The translations under genes and the position numbers were made by a program. DNA of 64,000 nucleotides from Mobula hypostoma (Eukaryota), in contig NC_086097.1 of the NCBI RefSeq assembly GCF_963921235.1, positions 120,468,001-120,532,000 on the forward strand. Direction: 5' to 3'. Position 1 is the stretch's first letter; each line of letters starts with the position of its first letter. The notes under the pieces were generated by a model that was given only the letters and a program-made list of their open reading frames with translations, was not told the origin of the DNA and searched no databases. Below, piece after piece: positions 51,936 through 63,219 of this stretch.

Positions 51936-52589
51936 ATAAAAGAATAAAGATGGTGATTCTGAAAAATCTATCACTTTTATAGATAAGATACGAGAAATTC
52001 CTTAGACAGAGATAAATTGTTAATAGGTTAAGGAATTAAAACAATTACATCATGTGAGTAATGTGCTAATATTTAGCCAATGAAAAATGAGAGAAGTGTT
52101 AAACCGCTAGTTTTGCTGCTCTACCACTTTCTGCCAGTGAGTGTGAAAAATACATGTTTGTTAAAAAGTACAAATCTTATATAAAAAGTATTATTGAAAA
52201 ATTAGTGGTTTCCAACAGGCCTAATAAAATTGGAGTAGACAGAAAAAAAAAATCCTCTCAACTTCTGTCTTTAATGGCTGAATTTATAAGAGTTAATTTG
52301 AACGAAGTTTAAAATGTTTTAAATGTGTCATTCTATCTTAATGTGTTCCTTATATACCTTTGTATGTTAATGCTGTGGAAAGGTGTAAATATTGTGAATA
52401 CAACATATATCAACTTGGCATTAAAATAGTGTAAAGTTGAAAAGCAAGGCCTGATGGTTACTAAGGTCAGTAAAGATCACAATGTTGTCTGTTTATTCCC
52501 CTCCATTGATCCACCTGACCTGTTGAACTCCTCCTGCATTTTGCATATGTTGCTCTGGATTTTCAGCGTCTGTAGAATCTCTAGTGTTT

Positions 52590-52840
52590 AAGATTAAAAC
52601 TAGCTTTATTTGTCACATGTACATTCAAACATTGAAACATAATGTGAAATGCATCATTTGCATCATATCAGATCAGCAATGATTGTGCTAGACAGTGCAC
52701 AACTGTCACAATGCTTCTGGCACCAACATAGCATGCCCACAACTCGCTAACCCTAACCATAACCTGTATGTCTTTGGAATATGTCCAGGAACTGAAGCAA
52801 CCAGATAACCAATACAGTCACAGGGAGAACTGACGAACTC
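52590..52840 (-). mobile_element. V-SINE (HE1-like), 5'-truncated
   Basis: Reverse complement of the V-domain (GAGTTCGTCAGTTCTCCCTGTGAC) and a tail shared with 61165-61460. Confidence 0.7.
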
Positions 52841-52886
52841 AGAACCAGAATCAAAATCAGCTTTAATATATCCAGCATATTTTGTG

Positions 52887-53742
52887 TGTGACGAGAATAC
52901 ACATAAAATTAAAATGTTTGCTGGTCTAGGTTAGCATCAGTGACATCAGCAAGTGGTCTGCCACCTGCCCTCAGGGGAAGGAGAGATAAGGAACAATGGA
53001 GCAGCGTCTGGAGATGTGTAATGAAGGGACGGGAGAGAGAGCTGTCTGGAGCGGCTCTCCCCTTTGAACCTTGAACTGTTTGAAGTGATGGACAGGCGAT
53101 ACCCCAGCAGGGGGATAAAAAGGGACAGGTTCGCTAAGGCGGGACACGCCACCCGAGGTAACGAGACCCTGGAAGCGGTGCGCCTCTCACGAGTGGGTGA
53201 GAAGTATCAGACAACGGCCAGGGTGGAAAGGTACGATCAGCGGGAACCCGGTGTGTGTCCGCCCTTGCCTGGGTGCCGGGTTCACTGCAGAGGATCGACT
53301 GCATCTGGAGGAGGGGTCACAGTCGGTGACCTCAGGTGACATCACCAAGGACCCGCCCAACAGTTGCTTGTGAGCCATATCGCCGGTCTGTGAGTGAAGC
53401 CGTTCTGAATGATCAGTTGTTCCTGTTCCCTCTCTCTCTCCCCCCACGTTGTCCATCACCATGGCAACGATTACTGCGAACTGAACTACTAAACTGGACT
53501 GAACTTTGAGTCACTTTGAAATTTGGTCATTTACCCCTAGACAACAATAGAGCTTGATTGATGCTGTTATCTTAATTCTGTGCACATGTGTGTTTATCAT
53601 TGCTGAACTGTTGCATTTACTATCCTTTCGATTACTGTGTTGCTTGTTTCTTTAATAAAACTTTCTTAGTTCTAGTACTCCAGACTCCAACTGAGTGATC
53701 CATTTCTGCTGGTTTGGCAACCCAGTTACGGGGTACGTAACA
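52887..53742 (+). repeat. 5' LTR
   Basis: TGTGACG...CGTAACA; roughly 25 differences from the 3' LTR counted by eye. Confidence 0.95.
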
Positions 53743-53746
53743 TAAG

Positions 53747-53765
53747 TGGGGTTCTCGTCCGCGAT
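53747..53765 (+). promoter_or_regulatory. Primer binding site, tRNA-Pro-like
   Basis: TGGGGTTCTCGTCCGCGAT vs canonical Pro PBS TGGGGGCTCGTCCGGGAT, 4 nt after the LTR. Confidence 0.8.
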
Positions 53766-53841
53766 TTTGAACGCTAAATTTGGGACGGAGTAAATTGATT
53801 GGGTTAAAATTCCCGAAAGAAAGAAAAGACAAACAGCAGAA

Positions 53842-56148
53842 ATGGAGGCTGAGGAATTTATAAAGGCGCCGACCTTGGAGGCATTAGAGGATGCCAGGAA
53901 ATCGGAATTGATAGCTGTGGCAAAACGGTTGAATCTTGCTAAGGTGAAGTCGACAATGAGGAGAGAGGAGATACACAGAGCTATTGTAGAGCACTACGTA
54001 TCTAAAGGTGTGTTTCCCCAAGGTGAGCTGGGGGTGGTGTCTATTGAAAAACCTGCTGGAGACGCGGTACAGGTACAGCTTGAAAAACTGAGACTCGAGC
54101 ACGAGTTCCGGGTACTCCAGTTAGAACACGAAGAGAAGCAGTTAGAAAGGCAAGAGAGAGAGTTAGAAAGGCGGGAGAAAGAGAAAGAGGTAGAAAGGCA
54201 AGAGAGAGAAAGACAGTTGGAGAGAGAAGAGAGAGAGAGGGACAGACAGTTGGAGAGAGAGGAGAAACAGAGGGAAAGGGAATTTGAGCTGGAGAAGTTA
54301 AAGATAAGGGCCGAGCAGGGGCTCGTGCCGAACCAAGGTGGAGGGTTCCGGGCGACCCAGGAGGTTAGGCTGGTTCCCCCATTTGACGATACCGACGTGG
54401 ATCGGTACTTCCTCCACTTCGAAAAAGTGGCTATAAGTCAGGTCTGGCCGAGGGATAAGTGGGTTGTTTTACTTCAGAGTGTACTGAAAGGGAAGGCCCA
54501 AGAAGCTTACTCAGCTTTGTCCGCGGAAGATGCCCAGAGGTATGAGGTGGTGAAAGAGGCCATCCTCAGGATTTATGAGTTGGTCCCGGAGGCATACCGG
54601 CAGAGGTTCCAGAATGCAAGGAAGCAGTGGGACCGCACGTATTTGGAGTTTGCCCGTGAGATGCAGACATATTGTGAGCGTTGGTGCGCCTCAAAGGGGG
54701 TAGAGGGGGATTATGACAGACTGCTGCAACTGATCCTGATTGAGCAGTTTAAAGGTTGTGTCCCTGAGGGTATGAGACCCTACCTAGATGAGAAAGAGGC
54801 AGCCACGTTAGCCGCAACTGCTAAGTTAGCGGATGAGTATGCGTTGACGCATAAAATGAAGTTTGCCCCGAGTAAAGGCTACCAGAAGGGTAGTCAGGAC
54901 GGCGGGGAGAGTCCGCCGGAAAAGTCAGAAAGTAAGCCGGGGACTAGTGAAAAGGATAAGGTAGACCGAGAGCAGTCTGGTCGGAAGTCTCCTGGGGTCG
55001 TCTGTTATAATTGTGGGAAAGCCGGACATTTTGCGTCCAGGTGCTTTGCCCCAAGGAAGGAGACGGGGAAAGGAAAAGCGGAAATTTTGAATGGCTGTAT
55101 CGAGCTGTTAAGCGAACCGCTAGGGAAGGACAGGTCTGAAAAAGTCCAGGAAGGGCGCGAGAGGTTTATCTCGGCCGGACTGGTGTCAGTGAAGGAGAGG
55201 TTAAAACCAGTTCCAGTGCGGATCTGGAGAGACACGGGAGCGTGTCAGTCACTAATACTGAAGAGTGTATTAGAGTTTAGCTCAGAGACTGAGACTGGGG
55301 AGGTAGAGGTCAAAGGTGTTGCGGAAGGGACAGAGTCAGTCCCTTTGCACCAGATACACTTACAGAGCAACCTGGTCTCTAGACTAGTCACAATCGGGGT
55401 GAGGTCCGAATTACCGATGAAAGGCGTGGAAGTCTTGCTCGGTAATGACATCGCCGGGGGAATCGTGTTCCCAGTCGTGAGATTGACAGGTCAGCCTGCC
55501 AACAGTGAGGCCCCGCCCATGGACTTACAGGTTCATCATGGGGCTGCGGTAGTGAATTTAGCTGTGGTGGTAAATTTGGCTGAAACGTTTCTGCCAACCT
55601 TGTACGAGAAGGGGGTAGAAAATGGAAAGAAAGAGGGTAGTGAGATAAGAGGTAGTGAGGGAGCTGGGACGGACGTAGCAGTAGCCAGGAAAGAATTTGT
55701 GCAGACGCAGGAGCGAGACGAGGGGCTGATGGTTTTGGCAGAGACCGCTCTCTCTGACACAGCCTTGACAAGGGAACTAGTAGACTATTGTGCGGAGGAG
55801 GAAGTGCTAAAAGGGAAATCAAGTACAGTATCCGCAGATGAGGAATTGGGGGTGGTGCAAAAGAGTTATGGGGATGAGGTTTTTAACATGGCCCACGAGG
55901 TACCCCCCGGTGGACATTTTGCGGTGCTGGAGGAAACAGTTGGTGGAATCATGAAAGAGATTTACCGGCTGCCCAGGGGGAAGAATGTTATTGATCATGA
56001 CCGACGCGAACTGAGACGGTCACCGGCTTTTGATATGCTAACAAACCTAGTCGGTGTTAGCGTGGAAATCAATGAAGCTAGGGGCCCCCTGATAAGAGGA
56101 AAAAACCATTTTGAAAAGATTAGGATGGGATCGATCAGATGGGAGTAG
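53842..56148 (+). CDS. Gag (E/R coiled coil, SCAN-like capsid, CCHC knuckle)-aspartic protease polyprotein with integrase remnant, 768 aa
   Basis: LVPPFDDTDVDRYFLHFEK, YELVPEAYRQRF, LILIEQFK, CYNCGKAGHFASRC, RDTGACQS, VLLGND, VFNMAHEVPPGGHF. Confidence 0.88.
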   Translation: MEAEEFIKAPTLEALEDARKSELIAVAKRLNLAKVKSTMRREEIHRAIVEHYVSKGVFPQGELGVVSIEKPAGDAVQVQLEKLRLEHEFRVLQLEHEEKQLERQERELERREKEKEVERQERERQLEREERERDRQLEREEKQREREFELEKLKIRAEQGLVPNQGGGFRATQEVRLVPPFDDTDVDRYFLHFEKVAISQVWPRDKWVVLLQSVLKGKAQEAYSALSAEDAQRYEVVKEAILRIYELVPEAYRQRFQNARKQWDRTYLEFAREMQTYCERWCASKGVEGDYDRLLQLILIEQFKGCVPEGMRPYLDEKEAATLAATAKLADEYALTHKMKFAPSKGYQKGSQDGGESPPEKSESKPGTSEKDKVDREQSGRKSPGVVCYNCGKAGHFASRCFAPRKETGKGKAEILNGCIELLSEPLGKDRSEKVQEGRERFISAGLVSVKERLKPVPVRIWRDTGACQSLILKSVLEFSSETETGEVEVKGVAEGTESVPLHQIHLQSNLVSRLVTIGVRSELPMKGVEVLLGNDIAGGIVFPVVRLTGQPANSEAPPMDLQVHHGAAVVNLAVVVNLAETFLPTLYEKGVENGKKEGSEIRGSEGAGTDVAVARKEFVQTQERDEGLMVLAETALSDTALTRELVDYCAEEEVLKGKSSTVSADEELGVVQKSYGDEVFNMAHEVPPGGHFAVLEETVGGIMKEIYRLPRGKNVIDHDRRELRRSPAFDMLTNLVGVSVEINEARGPLIRGKNHFEKIRMGSIRWE

Positions 56149-56751
56149 GCTATTGTTTTGGCCAGGACTACTGATAAGGTCTCTCCCTTAATCCCCGAAC
56201 AAAGCGAATCTTTAGAAGTAATTAAACGACTCACACCCGTGTGTTTGATTGTCCCGAGGAAATGCAAAGAACTGGGACGTTGGGTGATGTCTGTTACAAT
56301 AGGGCAGCCTAGTAAAGAACACTCATATATATTGAGTAATTCAGTGACTAAAGGGCTGATGAACACAGAGGTGTGTATTGGCAATTTAATACGGCTGTCT
56401 GAAGCCAGCTTGATAGTGAACCTTGAAAAAAATGAATTCGGCCACACGAGGGTCACTTACCTGGGAATTGTGGTGACACAGGGGCAGCTGGCAGCGATGC
56501 AAGCTACAGTGCAGGCTATCGCTGACCTCCCAACCCCGACAGACAAGAGGGCCCTCAGAAGGCTCTTGGAGATGGTGAGGTACTGCAGGAAGTTTTGCAA
56601 TAACTCTGCGGTCAATACCCGTCCCCCTCCTACTAAGCCCTTGCGAGAGAAAACTGAGTCGGAATGGGACGACCCTTGTTATTGTGGTCCGGGACAAAGC
56701 CAAATGAGAGGTTACATTGGTCGCAATTCATCAGTGTTTTGGCCACTATGA
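56149..56751 (+). pseudogene. RT C-terminal remnant, same frame as the gag ORF after one TAG
   Basis: LSEASLIVNLEKNEFGHTRVTYLGIVV..QAIADLPTPTDKRALRRLLEMVRYCRKFC; no YxDD. Confidence 0.8.
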
Positions 56752-56950
56752 AGTTTGCTGAGTTGGAGCCTGGTCTAAGGGATTATTAATAACACGTGTA
56801 AAAGGAACAGAAAATGTGATGACTGTCTGTCAAGGTGTTGACAGCTTCAAACTCGCTGTATTAGCCAAATAACTGATAAAGATGTATATTTGTGCGTGTA
56901 TCAAATAATGTAGTCATGTTTGTCATTTTTACCTCCCGGTAAAAATCCTT

Positions 56951-56963
56951 AAAAGGGGGGAAG
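56951..56963 (+). promoter_or_regulatory. Polypurine tract
   Basis: AAAAGGGGGGAAG directly before the 3' LTR. Confidence 0.9.
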
Positions 56964-57819
56964 TGTGACGAGAATACACATAAAATTAAGATGTTTGCTG
57001 GCCTGGGTTAGCATCAGTAACATCAGCAAGTGGTCTGCCACCTGCCCTCAGGGGAAGGAGAGATAAGGAACAATGGAGCAGCGTCTGGAGATGTGTAATG
57101 AAGGGACGGGGGAGAGAGAGCTGTCTGGAGCGGCTCCCCCCTTTGAACCTTGAACTGTTTGAAGTGATGGACAGGCGATACTCCAGCAGGGGGATAAAAA
57201 GGGACAGGTTCACTAAGGTGGGACACGCCACCCGAGGTAACGAGACCCTGGAAGCGGTACGCTTCTCACGAGTCGGTGAGAAGTATCAGACAACGGCCAG
57301 GGTGGAAAGGTACGATCAGCGGGAACCCGGTGTGTGTCCGCCCTTGCCTGGGTGCCGGGTTCACTGCAGAGGATCGACTGCATCTGGAGGAGGGGTCACA
57401 GTCGGTGACCTCAGGTGACATCACCAAGGACCCGCCCAAAAGTTGCTTGTGAGCCATATCGCCGGTCTGTGAGTGAAACCGTTCTGAATAATCAGTTGTT
57501 CCTGTTCTATCTCTCTCTTCCCCCACGTTGTCCATCGCCATGGCAACGATTACTGCGAACTGAACTACTAACTGGACTGAACTTTGAGTCACTTTGAAAT
57601 TTGGTCATTTACCCAAGACAACGATAGAGCTTGATTGATGCTGTTATCTTAATTCTGTGCACATGTGTGTTTATCATCGCTGAACTGTTGCATTTATTAT
57701 CCTTTCGATTACTGTGTTGCTTGTTTCTTTAATAAAACTTTCTTAGTTCTAGTACTCCAGACTCCAACTGAGTGATCCATTTCTGCTGGTTTGGCAACCC
57801 AGTTACTGGGTACGTAACA
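56964..57819 (+). repeat. 3' LTR
   Basis: Direct repeat of 52887-53742, followed by TSD TGTG. Confidence 0.95.
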
Positions 57820-58829
57820 TGTGAAATTTATGTGTGTTACAGCAGCAGTGCATTGCAAAATATAATAATATAAACATTATAAATTTCATATAAAAAGAAA
57901 TATATGTGTATGTATGTAAGTAGTGCAAAGAAAGAGCAAAAATAGAATAAAATAGTGAGGTAGTGTTTATGGGCTCATTAACCATTCAGAAATCTGATGG
58001 CGAAGGGGAAGAAACTGTTCCTGAAATTATGAGTGTGTGTCTTCAGAATCTTGTACCTCCTCCGTGATGGTAGCAATGAGAAGAGGGCATGTCCTGGGTG
58101 ATGGGACCCTTGATGATGGATTCCACCTTTTTGAGGCATCACCTTTTTGAAGGTTCCCTCGATGCTGGGGAGGCTAGTGCTCACGATGGAGCTGCCTGAG
58201 TTTGCAACCCTGACTGCAAATCTGATTTTGTAGCTGGTGTTGTAAAATGTTGCGCTAACCACTACATTACTGTGCCATATCATGCAGTAATGGTAATGGC
58301 AAAGAATATCCTGACAAAGGACACCTAAAATTATATACCTGAATTATACTTTGCAGAAAAGGGCCAAGGCACTGACTTAGGCTTTGGGAACATAGTTTTA
58401 TCTTGTAAATAGACAGATTCCCTAGGGCAGCACTAGTACATTAAATCTGGCAGCAACATTAAATGAAGTGTGGTACTTATGTAAAGTAGGGCAAAGGCAC
58501 TGATTAAAAGAGGGAAAACAAAGATGAAGTTGAAACATTCAGAGCCATGTTGCTGAAGCAAGTGGCATTTGTGAGAGAAACCTGTGCAATTAGCGTAAGT
58601 GTACCATCTGGGGTGTAGCACCATCAGGAAGGAAGTGAGTGAGGATGATAAAGAATGACTTGGTCTGCAAAAGAGATGGAGCAAGTATTAAAGAAGCAGA
58701 AAATACTTTTGAAAGGAGCAAGGATATGATAGCTCTAGAAGTTAGTAGGTAGGTAATATCAAAGGGGAAACTCATAAAAATATTGTGGTGAAGTGAGAAA
58801 GAGAGACAATGTACAATCTGAAGCAAGAG

Positions 58830-59148
58830 AACCCATAGTTAATAGGATACAATGGAAGGAAAGAGACGGTCCTCTCTCCTCCCCTATCAGATTCCTTCTC
58901 CTCCAGCCTTTTATCCTTCCCACCTGCCTGGATTTACCTATCACCTTCCAGTCAGCCTCCTTCCCCTCACCTCACCGTTTTATTCTGGCATCTTCCCTTT
59001 TCCTTTTCAGACCTGAAGTAGGGTCTCAGCCCAAAACATCAACTGTTTATTCATTTCCATAGATGCTGCCTGACCTGCTAAGTTCCTCTAGCGTTTTGTA
59101 TGTGTTGCTTTGGATTTCCAGCATTAGCAGACCTTTTTGTATTTATGA
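58830..59148 (+). mobile_element. Penelope-like element 3' region and terminal repeat
   Basis: Pyrimidine-rich tract then CCTGAAGTAGGGTCTCAGCCCAAAACATC...CATAGATGCTGCCTGACCTGC. Confidence 0.65.
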
Positions 59149-59477
59149 ATTGCTTAGAGGGCCTGATTTGAAGGTTTCAACTAACTAGTTGGCTGCTGCT
59201 TCTTTGTACTAGATAAAACTGACTTATACTTAGAACAAGCATGCTTGAATCCACAGTAGTTTGTTGTATTCTGGAACAAACTTCTATCGTTCACTTAAAT
59301 TGACCAATCCCTATTTACGCTCTGAGGTTGTTTAAGAGGATGAAGCTGATCTTGCTGAATATAGATGCTTTGGTTTCAGAAGAAGGATTGAAAGCATAGA
59401 GTATGGAGAGTGAAGGGAAGGAAAAGTGCTGGCAAAGAAAATTGTATATGAATGAAGATCTGGTGTAGCATGAGATG

Positions 59478-60140
59478 CAGAATCAGGTTTAATATCACTG
59501 GTATGCGTCTTAAAATCTGTTGCTTCATGGCAGCAGGACATGGTAATATGGTAATATGTTCATAGGTTTATTGTCTATTCAGAAATTGGACGGCAGAGGG
59601 GATGAAGCTGTTCCTAAAAGATTGAGTGTATGTCTTCAGGCTCCTGTACTTCCTCTTTGATAATAGCCGTGAGAAGACAGCATGACCTGGGACCTGGGTG
59701 AGGGGGTGGTCCTTAATGAAGGATACTACCTTCTTGAGGTATCGCCCTTTGAAGATGTCCTCAATGTTGGGAAGGCTAGAGCCTATGATGGAGCTGGCTT
59801 TTCCAATCCTCTGCAGTGACCCCTCTACACCAGCAGTGATGCAGCAGTTACAATGCTCTCCACGGTACATCTGTAGAAATTTGCAAGAGTCTCCTCAAGC
59901 ACCTAATGAAATGTACCCACCGTTGTATCTTCTTTGTAATTGTATCAGTATGCTTGGCCGAGGATTGATCTCCAGAGATGTCAACATCCAGGAACTTTAA
60001 ACTGCTCACCATTTCCACTGCAGATCCCACGATGAGGACTTATGTATATTCCCTCATCTTCCCCTTCCTGAAGTCCACAGTTAATTCCTTTGTCTTACTG
60101 ACAATGAGTGCATAGTTATTGTTGTCACATCATTGACATC
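59478..60140 (-). mobile_element. Rex/Babar-type LINE fragment
   Basis: VEMVSSLKFLDVDIS; PGHAVFSRLLSKRKYRSLKTYTQSFRNSF. Confidence 0.78.
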
Positions 60141-60164
60141 AACTTGTTCAATGTTTCCTAACAG

Positions 60165-60365
60165 CTTAGATACCCTGGAGCAAAAGGTTTCCTCTTGAGA
60201 ACAGATCTGCTGGAGATGGAGAAATTGAAAGAAGGACATGAAATTCTTACTGGAATTGAGGTAACTATAGCCGTCAATATTTTTATAGAAGTTGTCAATG
60301 GTAAGTCTATTTCCTGAGATGGAGACATGAATATCCATAAAAGGAAGAGAAGTGGTCAAAGTTAA
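60165..60365 (-). pseudogene. Penelope-like RT C-terminal fragment
   Basis: LPFMDIHVSISGNRLTIDNFYK...QFLHLQQICS resembles the PLE LPFLD..VYRKPT..QFLRLRRICS pattern. Confidence 0.75.
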
Positions 60366-60409
60366 CAATAATTTTATATGGGTTTGTTCTTTGTTGTAGC
60401 AACTCTGGT

Positions 60410-60780
60410 GAAGGGTTTCTCATGTCCATTCTGTGGCAGCTCACTCATCTTTAGTCCCCACTGGACACTCAACTCTCACCTGTGGCTCCAAGTAGCTGTT
60501 TGCATCTGACAGTGGCCACACCTTGATACAGAGCTTCGACAGGTGGGTTAAACCAGGTAAGGGTAGCTGGCAGGCCTCATAACCCAGTAAGGTAGAGATA
60601 AGCCTGTCCTAACTCCACCAGACTGGGCAAATGAGATAACAGTGAGATCCAATGGCCAGGAGGAGAGTTCTGCAAAACCTTGTGGAGAGCAAAGTTCATG
60701 ACAAGGCACAAAATAAGTCATGGTTATCATTACAAATACCACTAGACCTGGACTTCTGATATGAAGAGCAATGGCTTTTC
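60410..60780 (+). repeat. Interspersed repeat, homologue of 11560-11995
   Basis: Colinear blocks shared in inverted orientation with 11560-11995. Confidence 0.55.
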
Positions 60781-61164
60781 CATCTGAAAAACTCATCCTC
60801 ACAGGTTTCACAGTCATTGTCAGATACAACAGACAACCAATCAATAATTTACAGAATTCAGGTACTGTATTAAATCCTGGCTATAACATGTTTTCATAAT
60901 CACTTCTGATGCCATCCTTGCAAAATTTATTTGTGCTTTCAACAAGGCCACAAAACATTTATTTTTTGCCATAAAAGGCCATAAAATAATACTCCTCACA
61001 GTTATCTAAATGTCTTTTAACTAAGTTCAACATACAGTAATTTCCATGATTTTTTATTCTGTTCCTCTGGGACAAAACACAATATAGATTGTATTGCTAT
61101 GGTCTTGTTGGCTTTATCTTGGTATATGCAACAATTAGTGAACCCTTACAAATGCGTTTCATAA

Positions 61165-61462
61165 TAGCATAGCAGTGCCTTGTAGTGCCAGCGGTAACGT
61201 CGACCAGGGTTCAATTCCTGCCACTTTCTTTAAGGAGTTTGTACGTTCTCCCTGTGACTATGTGGGTTTCTTCTGGGTGCTCCATTTTCCTCCCACATTC
61301 CAAAGGTTGGGGTTAGTACATTATGGGGATGTCATGTTGGTGGCAGAAGAATGGTGACATTTGTGTCAAGTCAAAACCTCGCTGATTTGATTTGGTGTAA
61401 ACGATGCATTTCACTGCATGTTTTGATGTGCATATAACAAATAAAGCTAATCTTTGAATCTA
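61165..61462 (+). mobile_element. tRNA-derived V-SINE (HE1-like)
   Basis: B-box GGTTCAATTCC, V-domain GGAGTTTGTACGTTCTCCCTGTG..TGGGTTTC..GGGTGCTCC..TTCCTCCCACA, tail AATAAAGCTAATCT. Confidence 0.78.
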
Positions 61463-61927
61463 ATGTTTATCCTACTCTAAACTACACCAGTTTGGTCATA
61501 TCTACAATGAAAGTACGTTGTCATCTGCATCTGTTCTGACATATTTAAGCATTTACTTTTGCATTATCCTTCAGCATTAAATTTAATCTTCCCACTCTGA
61601 AGACATCTATAAGTTTTGAAACTGTTCTTGAAAGTGCCAAGCCCAATTTTGTACGTGAATATTGGGTAACAGGGCTCTATGTAATGATCCCAGTAAAAAC
61701 TAGTCCTATTTGCAGCAAGTCTAAAGAGCTGTATTTATCCACCTGGGGTGGTAGGACAGTGTGTGCACATGGGAGAGAGGATTGAGTCTTATTTTGTCAC
61801 TTGTTGTGCTCTGTGCTGTATTGCAGACCATTGTAGGCTTGCTATTATGGCACTGGAGTGCATGGACACTTGTGGACTGCCCCCAGCACATCCTGAGGCA
61901 TGTTGGCTGTTAACTCATATTACCGTA

Positions 61928-62486
61928 CACTCTGTGGCTGCTTCATTAAGTATACCGTACTCTTGCTCATTAATGTAAATATTTTATCAGCCAATCATGT
62001 GGCAGAAACTCAATACATAAAATACTACAGATATGGACAAGAAGTTCAGACCGAACATCAGAATGGGGAAGAAATGTGATCTAAGTCACTTTGACTGTGG
62101 AATGATTGTTGGTGCCAGACAGGATGATTTGTACATCTCATAAACTGCTGATCTCCTGGGATTTTTCACGCACGACGGTCTCTAGAGTTGACAGAGAATG
62201 GTGTGAAAAAACCAAAAACATCCAGTGAGCAGCAATTCTGTGGGCAATAACGTCCTGTTAATGAGAGAAGTCAGGGGAGGATGGCCGGACTGGTTCCAGC
62301 CGACAGGAAGGCTACAGTAACTCAAATAACTGCATGTCACAATAGTGGTGTACAGAAGAGTATCTCTGGACACCCAACACATCAGGTCCTGAAGTGGATG
62401 GGCTACAGCAGCAGAAAACCATAGACATACACTCAGGGGCCACTTCATTAGGTACAGGAGCTACCAGGTAAATTTGTCACTGAGTT
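61928..62486 (+). mobile_element. Non-autonomous Tc1-like element, copy 3 (uninterrupted)
   Basis: TA flanks and TIRs; from 62063 a decayed Tc1 N-terminus MGKKCDLSHFDCGMIVGAR..TADLLG..TTVSRV..RMAGLVPADRKATVTQI..LKWMGYSSRKP; inner TIR starts at 62430. Confidence 0.88.
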
Positions 62487-62666
62487 TACCTATGTTTCAG
62501 TATAAATGTGGAAAATAAACCTGAATCTAAATACGACTCTTCTTTTATTGTTTGGAGATCAGCTTGCTATTTATTCTACTGTTTTCTCCTGACTCCATGT
62601 ATCCTAAACTTGTTATGACACATTCAGCAAGGGTCTGTCTTGATGACTTTAAATCATGTTCTTGAA

Positions 62667-62970
62667 AGGCTGATTGATGATCACCAATATTTCCCGAGGT
62701 TATGGTCATCGACTGTAAAATAGCATTCACAGACTGGGTCTGTGAACAAATAGCATGAGGCAAGGAGGCGACAATAGATTTGACAGAGCAGGCTATTAGC
62801 ATTTTGAAGTTTCTTTTTAGGAGCCTGAGAAAATGAGCTGGAGTCTTGTCGTGCAGCTCAGCAAGAGTTACTGGAATTAATGTGCTTTCCTGTGCACTGC
62901 GTAATATTGCTGTCTGAGGAAGAACACTATTTCAAAAAGCCAATGAGGATGATGAGGAAGAAGAAAATAG
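62667..62970 (+). pseudogene. Ancient PIF/Harbinger (HARBI1-like) DDE nuclease C-terminal fossil
   Basis: RLIDDHQYFPRLW..T....HEA / TIDLTEQAISILKFLFRSL..*AGVLSCSSARVTGINVLSCALRNIAV*G..EDDEEEE fits, by eye, LLGD.GY...W..TP..YN.AH..TR..IEQ.IG.LK.RFRCL..G.L..SP.RV....CC.LHN.A plus acidic tail. Confidence 0.65.
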
Positions 62971-63219
62971 TGTCAGGAGGAGCTGGCACAGATCGGTGAA
63001 GTGATTCATCAGCTCAGTTAGAGGAGAAAAGCACCATCTTATTATCAAATGGATTTTTTAAATAACATTGTACAATAAAGGTAAAATGCATTCTCCGTTA
63101 GCTGGAAAATACATACATCCTTCTGTCCCACTGAGAACTGCATTTGCAAAAGCACCAGCTCTTAGCTTTCTGACTCATTAATTCAGATGGATGTTCATAA
63201 GGTTGTTTTCTGTCTAAAG

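Larger units (their letters stand above)
52887..57819 (+). mobile_element. Gmr1-like Gypsy LTR retrotransposon, non-autonomous (intact gag-protease, collapsed IN and RT)
   Basis: 856-bp LTRs TG...CA at 52887-53742 and 56964-57819; 4-bp TSD TGTG; tRNA-Pro-like PBS; PPT AAAAGGGGGGAAG. Confidence 0.95.
52841..58215 (-). mobile_element. Rex/Babar-type LINE 3' fragment (52841-52886 and 57824-58215) split by the Gypsy element
   Basis: Tail CAGAACCAGAATCAAAATCAG on the left, continuation after the TSD; HHPGHALFSLLPSRRRYK..FRNSFFP. Confidence 0.75.

Noticed and set aside
54100..54310. Trichohyalin-like protein or host SCAN zinc-finger gene
   Set aside because: The E/R coiled coil and SCAN-like region lie in gag between LTRs, with no C2H2 array
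61165..61230. tRNA gene
   Set aside because: Only a B-box-like motif, followed by V-domain and SINE tail; no cloverleaf
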